Positions 18,999-29,587 of a stretch of 32,000 nt of DNA are shown piece by piece (the stretch's first letter is position 1; every line of letters begins with the position of its first letter). The position numbers and the translations under genes were made by a program. Source of the stretch: Hyphomicrobiales bacterium (GTDB taxonomy: Bacteria > Pseudomonadota > Alphaproteobacteria > Rhizobiales > Methyloligellaceae); assembly GCA_028280515.1 (NCBI GenBank), contig JANQLP010000162.1, positions 58,092-90,091 of the forward strand, given 5' to 3'. A model generated the notes under the pieces. That model saw only the letters and a program-made list of their open reading frames with translations, was not told the origin of the DNA and searched no databases.

Positions 18999-19697
18999 TC
19001 AGCCCGGCTGGCGGGCGCGCTGACCGAATAGCACGGATTTGGCGTCCTTGTCCTTGCGCAAATCCCATTTGGCGCGCTCATCCTTGCCGACTTCCACGGC
19101 GCGCGCCACGGCGGGACGGTCGTGAATGCGGACATACCAGGCCTCCAGATAAGGAAACTCCTTGAGGTCCTGGCCCTGACGCTTATAGGGGCGGACCCAC
19201 GGGTAGGCCGCCATGTCGGCGATCGAGTATTCGCCCGCGAGATAGTCATTGTCCCTGAGCTGAATGTTCATGACCCCGTAGAGCCGGTTCACCTCGTCCG
19301 TATAGCGGTTGATGGAATACTCGTGCGCATCGTCCGCATACTGGCGGAAGTGGTGAGCCTGACCGGCCATCGGACCGAGACCGCCCATCTGCCAGAACAA
19401 CCACTGGTCGACGTTGGCGCGCGCGCGCTCATCCTGAGGATAGAACTGGCCCGTCTTGCGTCCGAGATACTGAAGGATCGCGCCGGACTCGAAGATCGAA
19501 AGCGGTTCACCGCCGGGCCCGTCGTGATCGACGATTGCCGGCATCCGGTTGTTCGGAGCGATCTTCAGAAACGCTTCGTCAAACTGATCGCCGCGCCCGA
19601 TATTGATGTATTTGACGTCGTAGGGAAGGCCCGTTTCCTCCAGAAAGATAGTGATTTTGAAGCCGTTCGGAGTCGGCCAGAAATACAGGTCAATCAT
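18999..19697 (-). CDS. Glutathione S-transferase family protein (YfcG/YghU-like)
   Basis: MIDLYFWPTPNGFKITIFLEETGLPYDVKYINIGRGDQFDEAFLKIAPNNRMPAIVD...SIFESGAILQYLGRKTG; YLAGEYSIADMAAYPWVRPY. Confidence 0.92.
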   Translation of the reverse strand: MIDLYFWPTPNGFKITIFLEETGLPYDVKYINIGRGDQFDEAFLKIAPNNRMPAIVDHDGPGGEPLSIFESGAILQYLGRKTGQFYPQDERARANVDQWLFWQMGGLGPMAGQAHHFRQYADDAHEYSINRYTDEVNRLYGVMNIQLRDNDYLAGEYSIADMAAYPWVRPYKRQGQDLKEFPYLEAWYVRIHDRPAVARAVEVGKDERAKWDLRKDKDAKSVLFGQRARQPG

Positions 19698-19766
19698 TTG
19701 CTTAAACCCTAAAGTTTGGAAGACTGTTCAAGGCAGCCGGCGCCGCCACCGGACACGTTCAAGAGC

Positions 19767-20741
19767 TTACGGCAGCAGCACTGTCGAGCCGGTTGTCTTG
19801 CGGCCCTCCAGATCGATGTGCGCCTGCGTCGCCTCGGCCAGTGGATAGGTCTGGTTGATCTCGATCTTGACGTCGCCCGAACTCACCACGTCAAACAAGG
19901 CGCCCGAGAGTTCTTCCAGGTCGGCACGGTCCGCGATGTGGGTGAAGAGCGTCGGGCGGGTCGCATAGAGCGATCCCTTCTGCGCCAGCAGGCCCATGTT
20001 GATATCGGGCAGCGGTCCGGACGCCTGACCGAACGTGGCCCACAGGCCGAACTTCTTGAGGCAATCGAGGGATGCGGGAAACGTGTCCTTGCCGATGGAG
20101 TCGTAGACCACATCGCAGCCCTTGCCGTCGGTCAGTTCCTTGACGCGTTCCACGAAATCTTCGTCGCGGTAGTTGATGGTGTGCGTGCACCCAAGTGACT
20201 CTGCCAGCTCCGCCTTTTCTGCGGATCCGACCGTACCGATCATGGTGGCGCCGAGCTTCTTTGCCCATTGGCATACGATCAGGCCGACGCCGCCGGCAGC
20301 GGCATGGAACAGGAACGTCGTTTCGGGCCCCACCTTATAGGTGCGTAACAGCAAATAGGCCGCAGTCATACCCTTAAGCATCATGGCCGCACCGGTCCGG
20401 TCCTCAATCCCGTCGGGAAGCACAACCAGCCTGTCGGCGGGCACGATGCGCTCCTCAGCGTAGGACCCGATCGCGCCGCAATAGGCAACCCGATCGCCGG
20501 GCTTGACGTGGGAGACACCCTCGCCCACGGCGACAACCTCGCCCGCGCCTTCCATGCCCGGCGTGAACGGCATCGTCTCTTGCGGATAGGTTCCGGTGCG
20601 GAAATAGACATCGATGTAATTCAGCCCGACGCCTGTCTGCTTGAGCCGCGCCTCGCCGGGACCCGGGTCGCCGACCTCGACCTCCTCCCACTTCATGACC
20701 TCGGGGCCGCCGGTCTCGTGAATTTGAATCGCATGCGTCAT
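19767..20741 (-). CDS. Quinone oxidoreductase (zinc-independent MDR family)
   Basis: MTHAIQIHETGGPEVMKWEEVEVGDPGPGEARLKQTGVGLNYIDVYFRTGTYPQ...FLFHAAAGGVGLIVCQWAKKLGATMIGTVGSAEKAELA. Start trimmed from the 421-aa ORF. Confidence 0.93.
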   Translation of the reverse strand: MTHAIQIHETGGPEVMKWEEVEVGDPGPGEARLKQTGVGLNYIDVYFRTGTYPQETMPFTPGMEGAGEVVAVGEGVSHVKPGDRVAYCGAIGSYAEERIVPADRLVVLPDGIEDRTGAAMMLKGMTAAYLLLRTYKVGPETTFLFHAAAGGVGLIVCQWAKKLGATMIGTVGSAEKAELAESLGCTHTINYRDEDFVERVKELTDGKGCDVVYDSIGKDTFPASLDCLKKFGLWATFGQASGPLPDINMGLLAQKGSLYATRPTLFTHIADRADLEELSGALFDVVSSGDVKIEINQTYPLAEATQAHIDLEGRKTTGSTVLLP

Positions 20742-20935
20742 GGTACGAACACCCTCTGTTAAACTCGATTTTCCGGCGACATTAGCAGTATTGACCGCGT
20801 CGCGCGCTAGCCCCGTTCCCGCCTCGTGCGAAAAACTGCTTCCTCGCCCATCTGCCCGGCCTCGCAAGAATTGGGTGGCCTCTCTCCCGATCAGGCAGTA
20901 CCCCTTGGCCGTCGCGTCATGATCGGGAGGGACAT

Positions 20936-21826
20936 GTGGGACTGGCGGACTGGCTCCGGATATTGCTGCTGTCGCTCCTTTGGGGCAGCTCGTTCTTCTA
21001 CATCGAGATTGCTCTGCAATCCTCCGGACCACTGACCATCGTCCTTGCGCGCGTTGCTCTCGCGGCGACAGCGCTGATGCTCTATTGCAAACTGCGCGGC
21101 ACGCCCATTGCGCTCAATCGCCGCGTTCTGGGCAGTCTGTGCGTCCTGGCTCTTCTCGGGAGCGTTCTGCCCTTTTCGCTCATCACGGCCGGTCAAACCC
21201 AAATCGAGAGCGGCCTGACCGCCATTCTGATCGCGGCGACCCCGTTCTTTACCGTTCTGCTCGGACACGTGTGGTCCCGCATGGAGCCCGCGACGCTTCC
21301 GAAGATCGCCGGCATACTCATCGGAATGGCGGGCGTCGCAGTGCTCATGGGAGTCGATGTCGGACAGGGACTTTCGGGAAGTCTCATCGGGCAATTGGCA
21401 GTTCTCACCGCCGCGTTCGTTTATGCGTCCTCGGCCCTCTACGCCCGCCGTTTCCGGGAGATGCCTCCGTCGCTCCTGTCTGCGTGGATGCTGACGTTTT
21501 CGACGCTGATCCTGGCGCCCGTTGCTTTCCTGATGGAGCGCCCGTTCGAGACGTTCCCTGAGCCGTCAGGGCTTGCCGCAATTGCCGCCCTCGCCCTTCT
21601 CTCGACGGCATTCGCCTACCTGCTCTATTTCCGCGTCCTCGCCAGCGCAGGCGCGACGAACGCGATGCTCGTTACTTTCGTGCAACCGCTGGTGGCTGTC
21701 CTGCTCGGCGTACTGTTCCTGCATGAGCGTTTCGAGGTGCATCACCTTGCCGGGATGATGCTGATCTTCATCGGCCTGGCGCTGGTGGATGGCCGTGTTG
21801 TTCGTTATGTCGCTAGGCGCGCGTGA
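20936..21826 (+). CDS. DMT family (EamA) transporter
   Basis: Ten-TM pattern: LLLSLLWGSSFFYIEIAL, GILIGMAGVAVLMG, FVQPLVAVLLGVLFLHERFEVHHLAGMMLIFIGLALVDGR. Confidence 0.92.
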   Translation: MGLADWLRILLLSLLWGSSFFYIEIALQSSGPLTIVLARVALAATALMLYCKLRGTPIALNRRVLGSLCVLALLGSVLPFSLITAGQTQIESGLTAILIAATPFFTVLLGHVWSRMEPATLPKIAGILIGMAGVAVLMGVDVGQGLSGSLIGQLAVLTAAFVYASSALYARRFREMPPSLLSAWMLTFSTLILAPVAFLMERPFETFPEPSGLAAIAALALLSTAFAYLLYFRVLASAGATNAMLVTFVQPLVAVLLGVLFLHERFEVHHLAGMMLIFIGLALVDGRVVRYVARRA

Positions 21827-21833
21827 GCGCTGA

Positions 21834-23315
21834 TCAACCCTCACCGACGTCCAGTTTCTCCCGGAGCAGCTGATTGACCATTTGCGGATTGGCCTTGCCG
21901 CCGGTCTTCTGCATGACCTGACCAACGAACCAGCCGAGCGTCTGCGGCTTGGATTTGACCTGCTCGACCTGTTTCGGGTTGGCGGCGATCACTTCATCCA
22001 CCACCTTCTCGATCTCTCCCGTGTCGGTGACCTGCTTGAGGCCGCGTTCCTCGACGAGCTTCGCCGGATCATCTCCCGTCTCCCATACGAGGTCGTACAG
22101 ATCCTTGGCGATCTTGCCTGAGATGGTCCCGTCGGCCGTCATTTTCAGGATCGAGGTGTTGGCCTCGGCCGACACGGGCGCATCTTCGAAGTCGATGCCT
22201 TCCTTGTTGACCCGGCCAAGATGCTGGTTGAGCACCCAGTTCACGGCCGCGCCCGGATCGGCACCCAATCCCACCATCTTCTCGAAATAGTCGGCCCGCT
22301 CCTTCTCCGCGACCAGAACCTCCGCATCGTAATGCTGCAGGCTCCACTCCTTCATGAACCGTGCCTTCTTCTGATCGGGCAGTTCCGGCAGGTGTCCCGC
22401 CAGATCGTCGACATAGGCTTGCGTGAACTCCAGCGGCAACAAGTCGGGATCGGGGAAATAGCGATAGTCGTGCGCCTCTTCCTTGGTGCGCATGGAACGG
22501 GTTTCGCCGGTCCTGGGATCGAACAGGCGCGTCTCCTGCTCGATTTCGCCGCCATCCTCGATAATCTCGATCTGACGGCGGGCTTCATATTCGATGGCCT
22601 GGCCGATGAAGCGGATGGAGTTGACGTTCTTGATCTCGCAGCGTGTGCCAAGGTCCGCCCCCGGACGCCGCACGGAGACGTTCACATCCGCCCTGAGCGA
22701 CCCCTCTTCCATGTTCCCGTCGCACGTTCCGAGGTAGCGTAGGATCGAGCGCAACTTGGAAACGTAAGCCTGCGCCTGGGCCGAGGATCGGATGTCCGGC
22801 TTGGACACGATTTCCATCAAAGCGACGCCGGAGCGGTTGAGATCGACGTAGGACGATTTCGGGTCCTGATCGTGCAGGCTCTTGCCGGCATCCTGCTCGA
22901 GGTGAAGACGCTCGATGCCGACACGGACTTCCTCGTCGTCCTCCATGTCGAGCAAGACCTCGCCCTCGCCGACGATGGGCTGGGTGAACTGGGAGATCTG
23001 ATAGCCCTGCGGCAGGTCGGGATAGAAATAGTTCTTGCGGTCGAACACCGAGCGCAGATTGATCCTGGCATTGAGGCCGAGGCCGGTACGGACCGCCTGC
23101 GCGACACACTCTTCGTTGATCACCGGCAACATGCCCGGCATGGCGGCATCCACGAGGCTGACATGGGCATTCGGTTCGCCGCCGAACTCGGTCGAAGCCC
23201 CGGAAAAAAGCTTGGCTTGTGAGGTGACCTGCGCATGGACCTCCATGCCGATGACCATCTCCCAGTCGCCGGTCGACGAGTTGATCAGGTGCGTCGGGCT
23301 GTTGTCATTTGCCAT
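21834..23315 (-). CDS. gatB: Asp-tRNA(Asn)/Glu-tRNA(Gln) amidotransferase subunit B
   Basis: [109 protein letters not shown]. Confidence 0.98.
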   Translation of the reverse strand: MANDNSPTHLINSSTGDWEMVIGMEVHAQVTSQAKLFSGASTEFGGEPNAHVSLVDAAMPGMLPVINEECVAQAVRTGLGLNARINLRSVFDRKNYFYPDLPQGYQISQFTQPIVGEGEVLLDMEDDEEVRVGIERLHLEQDAGKSLHDQDPKSSYVDLNRSGVALMEIVSKPDIRSSAQAQAYVSKLRSILRYLGTCDGNMEEGSLRADVNVSVRRPGADLGTRCEIKNVNSIRFIGQAIEYEARRQIEIIEDGGEIEQETRLFDPRTGETRSMRTKEEAHDYRYFPDPDLLPLEFTQAYVDDLAGHLPELPDQKKARFMKEWSLQHYDAEVLVAEKERADYFEKMVGLGADPGAAVNWVLNQHLGRVNKEGIDFEDAPVSAEANTSILKMTADGTISGKIAKDLYDLVWETGDDPAKLVEERGLKQVTDTGEIEKVVDEVIAANPKQVEQVKSKPQTLGWFVGQVMQKTGGKANPQMVNQLLREKLDVGEG

Positions 23316-23616
23316 CTAACGCCTCACGCAGTTTCTCTTCCTCATACTGGATGAACCAGCCGATCATCTGCCGCCAAAGCGCCTCGGCGAGCTCCGGCGG
23401 CAGATCCTTTTCCTCCGCCTGCGCCCGCACCTTGTCGACGACCTGCTGGATGCGCCAGGGTACGACCGCGTCTTCCGGATTTTTCTTCAGTTGCCAGGCC
23501 CGGTCGACATATCCGAAACGCTCCGCGATCAGCTCGACAAGTACCCGATCGAGCCGGTCGATCTCGACGCGAACATGATCCATGCTTTCACACTCTTCCG
23601 GTTTGCGCGGTGCCAT
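23305..23616 (-). CDS. Chorismate mutase (AroQ class)
   Basis: [32 protein letters not shown]...[42 protein letters not shown]. Overlaps the gatB start by 11 bp. Confidence 0.85.
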   Translation of the reverse strand: MAPRKPEECESMDHVRVEIDRLDRVLVELIAERFGYVDRAWQLKKNPEDAVVPWRIQQVVDKVRAQAEEKDLPPELAEALWRQMIGWFIQYEEEKLREALDGK

Positions 23617-23631
23617 AGTGCCGTTTCCTAT

Positions 23632-24066
23632 CTAATCCGTTGCCGCCCAGGCATTCTGCCAGTTTTCGTCACCCTCGACGATCAGGGCGTCCGCCTCGAT
23701 CTCGATCATCCAGTCGGGATCGAGCAATCCCGACACTTCAACCATTGTGGCCGCCGGGCGGATGTCGCCAAAGACTTCGCCATGCGCGCGGCCGACCTGC
23801 TCCCAGAGCGAGGCGTCGGTCAGAAACATGCGCGTGCGCACGACATGTCTGAGGTCGGCGCCCGCTTCATGCAATGCCTCGCCAATGACCTCCAGACATC
23901 GCCGCGTCTGCGCCGCCGCATCGCCGACGCCAACCGTCTTGCCGTCCGGCCCGATGGGCGCGGACCCGCTCACGAACACCATGTTCCCGACACGCACCGC
24001 GCGCGAAAAACCGATCGGCTTCTCATAGGGGCTTCCCGAGGAGACCAGTTGCCGGTTTTCGCTCAT
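23632..24066 (-). CDS. RidA family protein
   Basis: [42 protein letters not shown]...[17 protein letters not shown]...[25 protein letters not shown]. Start overlaps the gatA end. Confidence 0.88.
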   Translation of the reverse strand: MSENRQLVSSGSPYEKPIGFSRAVRVGNMVFVSGSAPIGPDGKTVGVGDAAAQTRRCLEVIGEALHEAGADLRHVVRTRMFLTDASLWEQVGRAHGEVFGDIRPAATMVEVSGLLDPDWMIEIEADALIVEGDENWQNAWAATD

Positions 24067-25547
24067 GACGTGCTCCACCAGTTTTCGGGCTCGGGCAGTT
24101 TTCCGGCAGCCTGCTCGATCACGTGTCCCACGCGGAACAGCATCTCTTCATCGAATGCCCTGGAGATGAGCTGAAGCCCGAGCGGCGTGCCCTCGCCGGA
24201 CAGCCCTCCGGGGATCGAGATCCCCGGCAAGCCGGACATGTTGGCGGGCACCGTGAAAATGTCGTTCAGATACATCTCGATCGGGTCACCGGACTTCTCG
24301 CCAAGCGCAAAGGCCGGCCCTGGTGTCGCCGGGGTGAGGAGCACGTCGACATCTTCGAAGACCTGCTCGAAGTCCCGCTTGATGAGCGTACGCACCCGCT
24401 GCGCTTTGAGATAGTAGGCGTCATAGTACCCGGCGGACAGCACGTAGGTGCCGATCAGCACACGCCGCTTGACCTCCGCGCCGAACCCGGCGGCGCGCGT
24501 CTTTTCGTACATGTCGACGATATCGTCGCCCTCGATCCGCAAGCCATACCGCACGCCGTCATAACGCGCGAGGTTCGACGAGGCCTCCGCCGGTGCGACG
24601 ATGTAATAGGCGGGCAGCGCATACTTCGTGTGCGGCAGGCTGACGTCGGAAATCTCCGCCCCGGCATCCTTGAGCCAGTCGATGCCCGTTTGCCACAGAG
24701 CTTCGATCTCCGCCGGCATGCCCTCCATGCTGTACTCCCTGGGGATGCCGACCTTCAGGCCTTTGATGCTCTCACCGACCGCCGCCTCGTAGTCGGGTAC
24801 GGGCATGTTGACGCTGGTCGTGTCCTTTTCGTCGTAACCGGCCATGGCGCCGAGCATGATCGCGGAGTCCCGCACCGTCCGCGTGATCGGGCCGGCTTGG
24901 TCAAGCGATGAGGCGAACGCGACAATGCCCCAGCGCGAACAGCGCCCGTAGGTCGGTTTCAGGCCCACGGTGCCCGTCAGCGAAGCCGGTTGGCGGATCG
25001 AACCGCCGGTATCCGTCGCCGTGGCACCCTGGGCCAGACAGGCCGCGACCGCGCTCGCCGACCCGCCGGACGATCCGCCCGGAACGAGCTTCGCATCGCT
25101 TCCCGAACGCCGCCATGGATTGATGACGGGTTCGTAGTAGCTCGTTTCGTTGGAAGACCCCATGGCGAACTCGTCGCAGTTGAGCTTGCCGAGCATCACC
25201 GCGCCAGCGTTCCAGAGGTTCCGCGTGACAGTCGATTCATAGCCCGGCTCGAACCCGTCGAGGATGTGCGAACAGGCCGTGGTCCGCACACCCTTCGTGC
25301 AGAACAGGTCCTTGATGCCGAGCGGAATTCCCTCCAACGGTCCCGCCTCGCCTTTTGCCAGCCGCTCGTCGCTCGCCCGCGCCATCTCAAGCGCATGATC
25401 CGGCGTCGGCAGAATGAACGCGTTCAGCGCCGCGTTGCCGCCGTCAATGGCCTGAATGTGCGCCTGCGTCAGCTCCTCGGCCGACAGCTCCCTGGCTGCC
25501 AATGCGTCGCGTGTTTCGGCTATGGAGAGACGCGTGGGATCGCTCAC
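24063..25547 (-). CDS. gatA: Asp-tRNA(Asn)/Glu-tRNA(Gln) amidotransferase subunit A
   Basis: [97 protein letters not shown] (amidase Ser-Ser-Lys). Confidence 0.98.
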   Translation of the reverse strand: MSDPTRLSIAETRDALAARELSAEELTQAHIQAIDGGNAALNAFILPTPDHALEMARASDERLAKGEAGPLEGIPLGIKDLFCTKGVRTTACSHILDGFEPGYESTVTRNLWNAGAVMLGKLNCDEFAMGSSNETSYYEPVINPWRRSGSDAKLVPGGSSGGSASAVAACLAQGATATDTGGSIRQPASLTGTVGLKPTYGRCSRWGIVAFASSLDQAGPITRTVRDSAIMLGAMAGYDEKDTTSVNMPVPDYEAAVGESIKGLKVGIPREYSMEGMPAEIEALWQTGIDWLKDAGAEISDVSLPHTKYALPAYYIVAPAEASSNLARYDGVRYGLRIEGDDIVDMYEKTRAAGFGAEVKRRVLIGTYVLSAGYYDAYYLKAQRVRTLIKRDFEQVFEDVDVLLTPATPGPAFALGEKSGDPIEMYLNDIFTVPANMSGLPGISIPGGLSGEGTPLGLQLISRAFDEEMLFRVGHVIEQAAGKLPEPENWWSTS

Positions 25548-25551
25548 CGGC

Positions 25552-25839
25552 TCACTCCACGACCTTGGGTACGACGAAGAACGTGCCCGCGTGTTGCGGG
25601 GCGTTTCGAACGATTTCTTCCGGATACCCGCCGTCCGTCACCTTGTCCGTACGCATGTGCATTTCCATCTCGGTGACGCACGTCATCGGCTCGACACCGT
25701 CGGTCTCCACCTCGTCCAGCTGTTCGACCCAGTCGAGGATACCGGTGAGTTCGCCCTTGAGCGTCTTCGCCTCCGCATCGTCGACCTTGATGCGTGCGAG
25801 CCGGGCGATCTTGCGCACCGTCGCGTCGTCAATTTCCAT
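25552..25839 (-). CDS. gatC: Asp-tRNA(Asn)/Glu-tRNA(Gln) amidotransferase subunit C
   Basis: [52 protein letters not shown]...LRxD-type '[10 protein letters not shown]'; 4 bp upstream of gatA. Confidence 0.96.
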   Translation of the reverse strand: MEIDDATVRKIARLARIKVDDAEAKTLKGELTGILDWVEQLDEVETDGVEPMTCVTEMEMHMRTDKVTDGGYPEEIVRNAPQHAGTFFVVPKVVE

Positions 25840-25932
25840 GAAGTCGCCTTCACTCTTGAAAGTCGATTGTTGAGGGTGCACTCATAGCTCGCGCGATATC
25901 CCTGCGCAACACAGCTGACACGGGAACCGGCA

Positions 25933-26415
25933 ATGGCCGAATTGAGCGATGCCAACAAGCGGTTCGTCGACGGCGCGAAGAGCTGCGGCATCGACGTCGA
26001 GATTCGCGTCATGGCGGACAGCACACGGACAGCCGAGGACGCGGCCCGGGCGTGCGGCTGCACCGTGGAGCGGATCGTCAAGTCGCTCGTCTTTCAAGGG
26101 GCGCGGAGCGGAAAGCCGTACCTTCTGCTCGTGTCCGGTCCCAACCGCGTGAACGAGAAAGGCGTCGCCGCCACGATCGGCGAGCCGCTCGCCAGGCCCG
26201 ATGCGGACTTCGTTCGGGAAACAACAGGGTATGCCATCGGCGGTATCCCGCCGCTGGCCCACAAGACGCCGCTCGCTACCTATATGGACGGCGACCTGCT
26301 TGCCTTCGAAACGGTCTGGGCCGCGGCCGGTACGCCGAAGGCGGTGTTCGAGGTGTCCCCCGCCACGCTTCGCGATGCAGCAGGCGCGGAGGTCATTGAC
26401 GTGACGGGCGGCTGA
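25933..26415 (+). CDS. YbaK/EbsC family aminoacyl-tRNA deacylase
   Basis: AARACGCTVERIVKSLVFQGARSGKPYLLLVSGPNRVNEKGVAATIGEPLARPDADFVRETTGYAIGGIPPLAHK. Confidence 0.9.
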   Translation: MAELSDANKRFVDGAKSCGIDVEIRVMADSTRTAEDAARACGCTVERIVKSLVFQGARSGKPYLLLVSGPNRVNEKGVAATIGEPLARPDADFVRETTGYAIGGIPPLAHKTPLATYMDGDLLAFETVWAAAGTPKAVFEVSPATLRDAAGAEVIDVTGG

Positions 26416-26438
26416 GCGCGGGGCCTTTTAGAAGCGAA

Positions 26439-26468
26439 GAGCCGCTCACCCGTGAGGGTGAACGGCTC
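26439..26468. terminator. Strong hairpin GAGCCG-CTCACCC-GTGA-GGGTGA-A-CGGCTC between convergent genes, possible terminator
   Basis: Inverted repeat read directly, in the convergent gap after the YbaK-type gene. No clear T-tract, so the terminator role is tentative. Confidence 0.45.
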
Positions 26469-26573
26469 GACGACTGGATGAAGTACGTCAGATTTTTTGG
26501 GGTCGGGACGGACCGTCAGACTCCGAAACAACCGGTCCGCCACGACCTCCCAATGCAATCCAAAGAGGACTGC

Positions 26574-26693
26574 TTAGTTGCCGACCAGCGACTGCATGTA
26601 CCAGAACTTGTCCGCCTTCGTGATGGCGTACGCGGCGTTGGTCATGACAAACGCGGAAACGGTCAAAGCGAGAGCTGTGAGGGTGGTCTTCAT
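26574..26693 (-). CDS. 39-aa small protein with signal/TM segment
   Basis: MKTTLTALALTVSAFVMTNAAYAITKADKFWYMQSLVGN. Strong SD 'aaggag' lies about 7 nt before the ATG at 26693; signal-peptide-like with AYA cleavage motif. Confidence 0.6.
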   Translation of the reverse strand: MKTTLTALALTVSAFVMTNAAYAITKADKFWYMQSLVGN

Positions 26694-27130
26694 AGGATAT
26701 ACTCCTTCGTTCTTTTCATTCACGTTCACACCACCGGCTCTAGGCGGTTGGGAGGAAGCCCGCCGGCGTGCCCTATCATTTGGGGTGGGTGACCGCGGAA
26801 GGAAGGACATCTCGCGGGCGTGTCATAATTGTTGTCCGCACGGCGTGCGTGAGCGGGAAACAGCGCCTTGAAGTGACGGATTGCACACGAGCACGCCGCT
26901 TCCGCCGCCGCAGATTTTTCGCTGAAATCCAAGCTATTCGGGGTCGCCTGACGCGCGGATTACCGTCATGTAACGTTCATCACACTGATTTTTGGACCGA
27001 ACCTGAAACCGTTCGGCGCCGGCGTTCGTTCGCACCCGCACTCAACCGAAATGGACCGGCGTTTCCGGCGGCAGGCGTGACAATTACGCCCCCGCCGCTC
27101 ACCTTCACCTGTAAACAGACCGCTCCTGCC

Positions 27131-28090
27131 CTAGATCCCGTCGGGCACCGGTTCCCCGGCATCCTGGAGTTTCGCGCGCAGCCTGTCGAACAGGGCTTCC
27201 AGCTCCTTCGTGTCGTCGGCATCCATTGCCGGGCCCGGTGCACGCGCCAGCGGGCAGGAGAGCGCGCCAAGCCGCCGAAGCGACTCTTTTCTGAGCGCGA
27301 GGCCGAACCCGAACTGTTGTTCGTGCCGGATCAGGGGCAGGTAAAGATCGAACAGATCCTCTGCTTCGTCCGCCTTCCCTTCCGCGAACAGTTCGTAGAC
27401 CTTGACCAGCGAGCCGATGAACGCAAAGCCCGTCATGATGCCGTCGGCACCGCGACGCAGCTCCTGCGGCACGTACAGGCCCCCATTACCCGTGAGGATC
27501 GAGACACGGCGCACGCCCTCCGTGTCTGGGGCATTGCGAAGGGCAGTCAGCTTGCGGTGGCCGGGGCAATCCTCGTGCTTGAACATCTTGATGCGCGGAT
27601 GATCGGTGATCAGCCTGTTGATCACCGCATTGGAGAAATAGACGGTCGTGGTGGGCGGGTAGTCCTGCAGACAGACGGGCGTCGCGTCGTCGAGTTTGGA
27701 CATCACCTTGTCGAAATAGCCCAGCACCTGCTCATCGGTTTTCAGGCCGCCGATACCGGCAACCATCACGCCGGCGGCGCCCGCATCCATCGACGCCTTG
27801 GACAACGCCGCCAGATTGTCGATGCCGGGATTGGAGACCCCAACGATCACCGGAACGCGCCCGCCGACCCGTTTGATGTAGCGCTGCATAAGCTCGGTCT
27901 GCTCGGAGTCCGTCAACTTCGGCGCCTCGCCCATCACGCCGAGGACCGTCATTCCGTGTACACCCTGGTCGATATAGAAGTCCGTCAGACTGTCGACGCT
28001 GTCGAAATCCACCTCACCGGACTCGGTGAACGGCGTCGCCGCGATGACGTAAACGCCCTTGGCCGATTCATCGAGAAGTTTGCCTGTCAT
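27131..28090 (-). CDS. Dihydrodipicolinate synthase family protein (DapA/NAL family)
   Basis: GVYVIAATPFTESGEVDFDSVDSLTDFYIDQGVHGMTVLGVMGEAPKLTDSEQ, VPVIVGVS, IKMFKHEDCPG (Schiff-base Lys), GADGIMTGFAF. Confidence 0.92.
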   Translation of the reverse strand: MTGKLLDESAKGVYVIAATPFTESGEVDFDSVDSLTDFYIDQGVHGMTVLGVMGEAPKLTDSEQTELMQRYIKRVGGRVPVIVGVSNPGIDNLAALSKASMDAGAAGVMVAGIGGLKTDEQVLGYFDKVMSKLDDATPVCLQDYPPTTTVYFSNAVINRLITDHPRIKMFKHEDCPGHRKLTALRNAPDTEGVRRVSILTGNGGLYVPQELRRGADGIMTGFAFIGSLVKVYELFAEGKADEAEDLFDLYLPLIRHEQQFGFGLALRKESLRRLGALSCPLARAPGPAMDADDTKELEALFDRLRAKLQDAGEPVPDGI

Positions 28091-28486
28091 GCTCCCGTTT
28101 CACTCCCTGCTTTGAAGTTGTTTTTGCTTTCAACCCGTCCGCCACGCCCGGGGGGCCTGTGACTTGCTTCTGATCTATCACAGGTGCGGACAGATACAGC
28201 ACGTTCAGAATGGACGGCAATTCCCACATTTGCTCGGCTCGGAACGCACCGCGCAATTCCGCCAATTCTCCAGGTGTGGTTTGAAAGACCTGCTGACATG
28301 TCCGTTTTCGGACGCGGAACAGCCGCAAATCAATTTGGCATCACATTAACCATCATGACCCAGGGGACAGTTCTTTTCCAAATTGTTCGAATTAAGATAT
28401 TCGAGAAGAATAACGACTTGGATGCATATAAAATATATACTATGATACACCTTAATCTGTTCTTTTTTTGATGTTGGACTATTGAA

Positions 28487-29311
28487 ATGGCAAAAGCATT
28501 TTCAATATTGGTTTGGAATGTTGAACATTTCGGAGCCACAGACAAAAAGAAGAAAAAACCAAAGAAAAAAATCAAGCCGATCATAAAGAAAATTGCTGCT
28601 TCTAAAGCCGATATAGTCGCTATTATTGAAGTTCGAAGCAGCTTGGTTGCCGCAGAATTGATGAAGGAATTGCCTGATCACTTCTTTTTCATAACTGAAG
28701 GCGAGCAGATGCAGGAAATCCTGGTTGGAATTCGAAAATCCCTGCCCGCTTTCATCACCCAGAAGAACGAATTCCAGGCGGGCCAAACCACTCTTCGTCC
28801 TGGTTTATTGGTAACGCCGATGGTTGACGGTGAAGCCTATCCCCTACTTTTTCTCCACGTGAAATCAATGCCCGACCCGAGAGGGTTTGGCATACGCAAT
28901 TACATGACCAAAAAGGCGTTTGATTTCAGAAACGTTCTTAAGGATGCAATAGACGGCGAAACCCCAAACTACATCTTTCTTGGCGACCTCAACACGATGG
29001 GAATGAACTATTTCGGTTCGGACAAGGATATAAGCGGCGGGCGAGAGATAAAGGAACTGGCTGCAGCCGCCAAAAGACGCAACATGCGTTTGCTAAGCAA
29101 AGATCACTCAGCGACATATTGGAGCGAGGAATATGGGGAGAGTGATTTGGACCATGTCGTGGCCATGGATCATTTAAAATTCAAGACATTTGGCGGTAAA
29201 GAGGTTCGCGTTTCCGGCTGGAACAACAAAAATACCGATGCCGGGCGAAAGGAATGGGTCAAAAAATATTCCGACCATGCGATGCTTTATTTGGAAGTGC
29301 AAAAGGTCTGA
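28487..29311 (+). CDS. Endonuclease/exonuclease/phosphatase (EEP) family protein
   Basis: FSILVWNVEHFGA, IVAIIEVRS, NYIFLGDLNTMG, ESDLDHVVAMD and KKYSDHAMLYLEV match EEP motifs. Lys-rich segment DKKKKKPKKKIKPIIKK. Confidence 0.82.
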   Translation: MAKAFSILVWNVEHFGATDKKKKKPKKKIKPIIKKIAASKADIVAIIEVRSSLVAAELMKELPDHFFFITEGEQMQEILVGIRKSLPAFITQKNEFQAGQTTLRPGLLVTPMVDGEAYPLLFLHVKSMPDPRGFGIRNYMTKKAFDFRNVLKDAIDGETPNYIFLGDLNTMGMNYFGSDKDISGGREIKELAAAAKRRNMRLLSKDHSATYWSEEYGESDLDHVVAMDHLKFKTFGGKEVRVSGWNNKNTDAGRKEWVKKYSDHAMLYLEVQKV

Positions 29312-29587
29312 ACTCTGCCACCACTCGCCTCCGCACCTGTCCGCTCATAGACGAGTAGCCGCCATCCTTGTTGTGCCTCTCTATGTCATATCCCCGCGCG
29401 ATGTCTTCCGCTGCCCGTCCGCGTCAGATCTGGGGTCGTCGAGCGAGGCTTCGAAGGCACCGTAAGGCCTGGTCCCCCCGCTTCGTGTGATTGGCCCTAA
29501 ATGAATCCGGAAAATGGAACTATTCAAGGTGCCAAATTAGCGACTACCGTTGCGCCATATGTCGCCAGAAGCCGTCACGGAGCGAAT

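Noticed and set aside
26768-28162. 464-aa plus-strand ORF
   Set aside because: Most of it is antisense to the well-supported DapA-family gene; low-complexity, no recognisable motifs.
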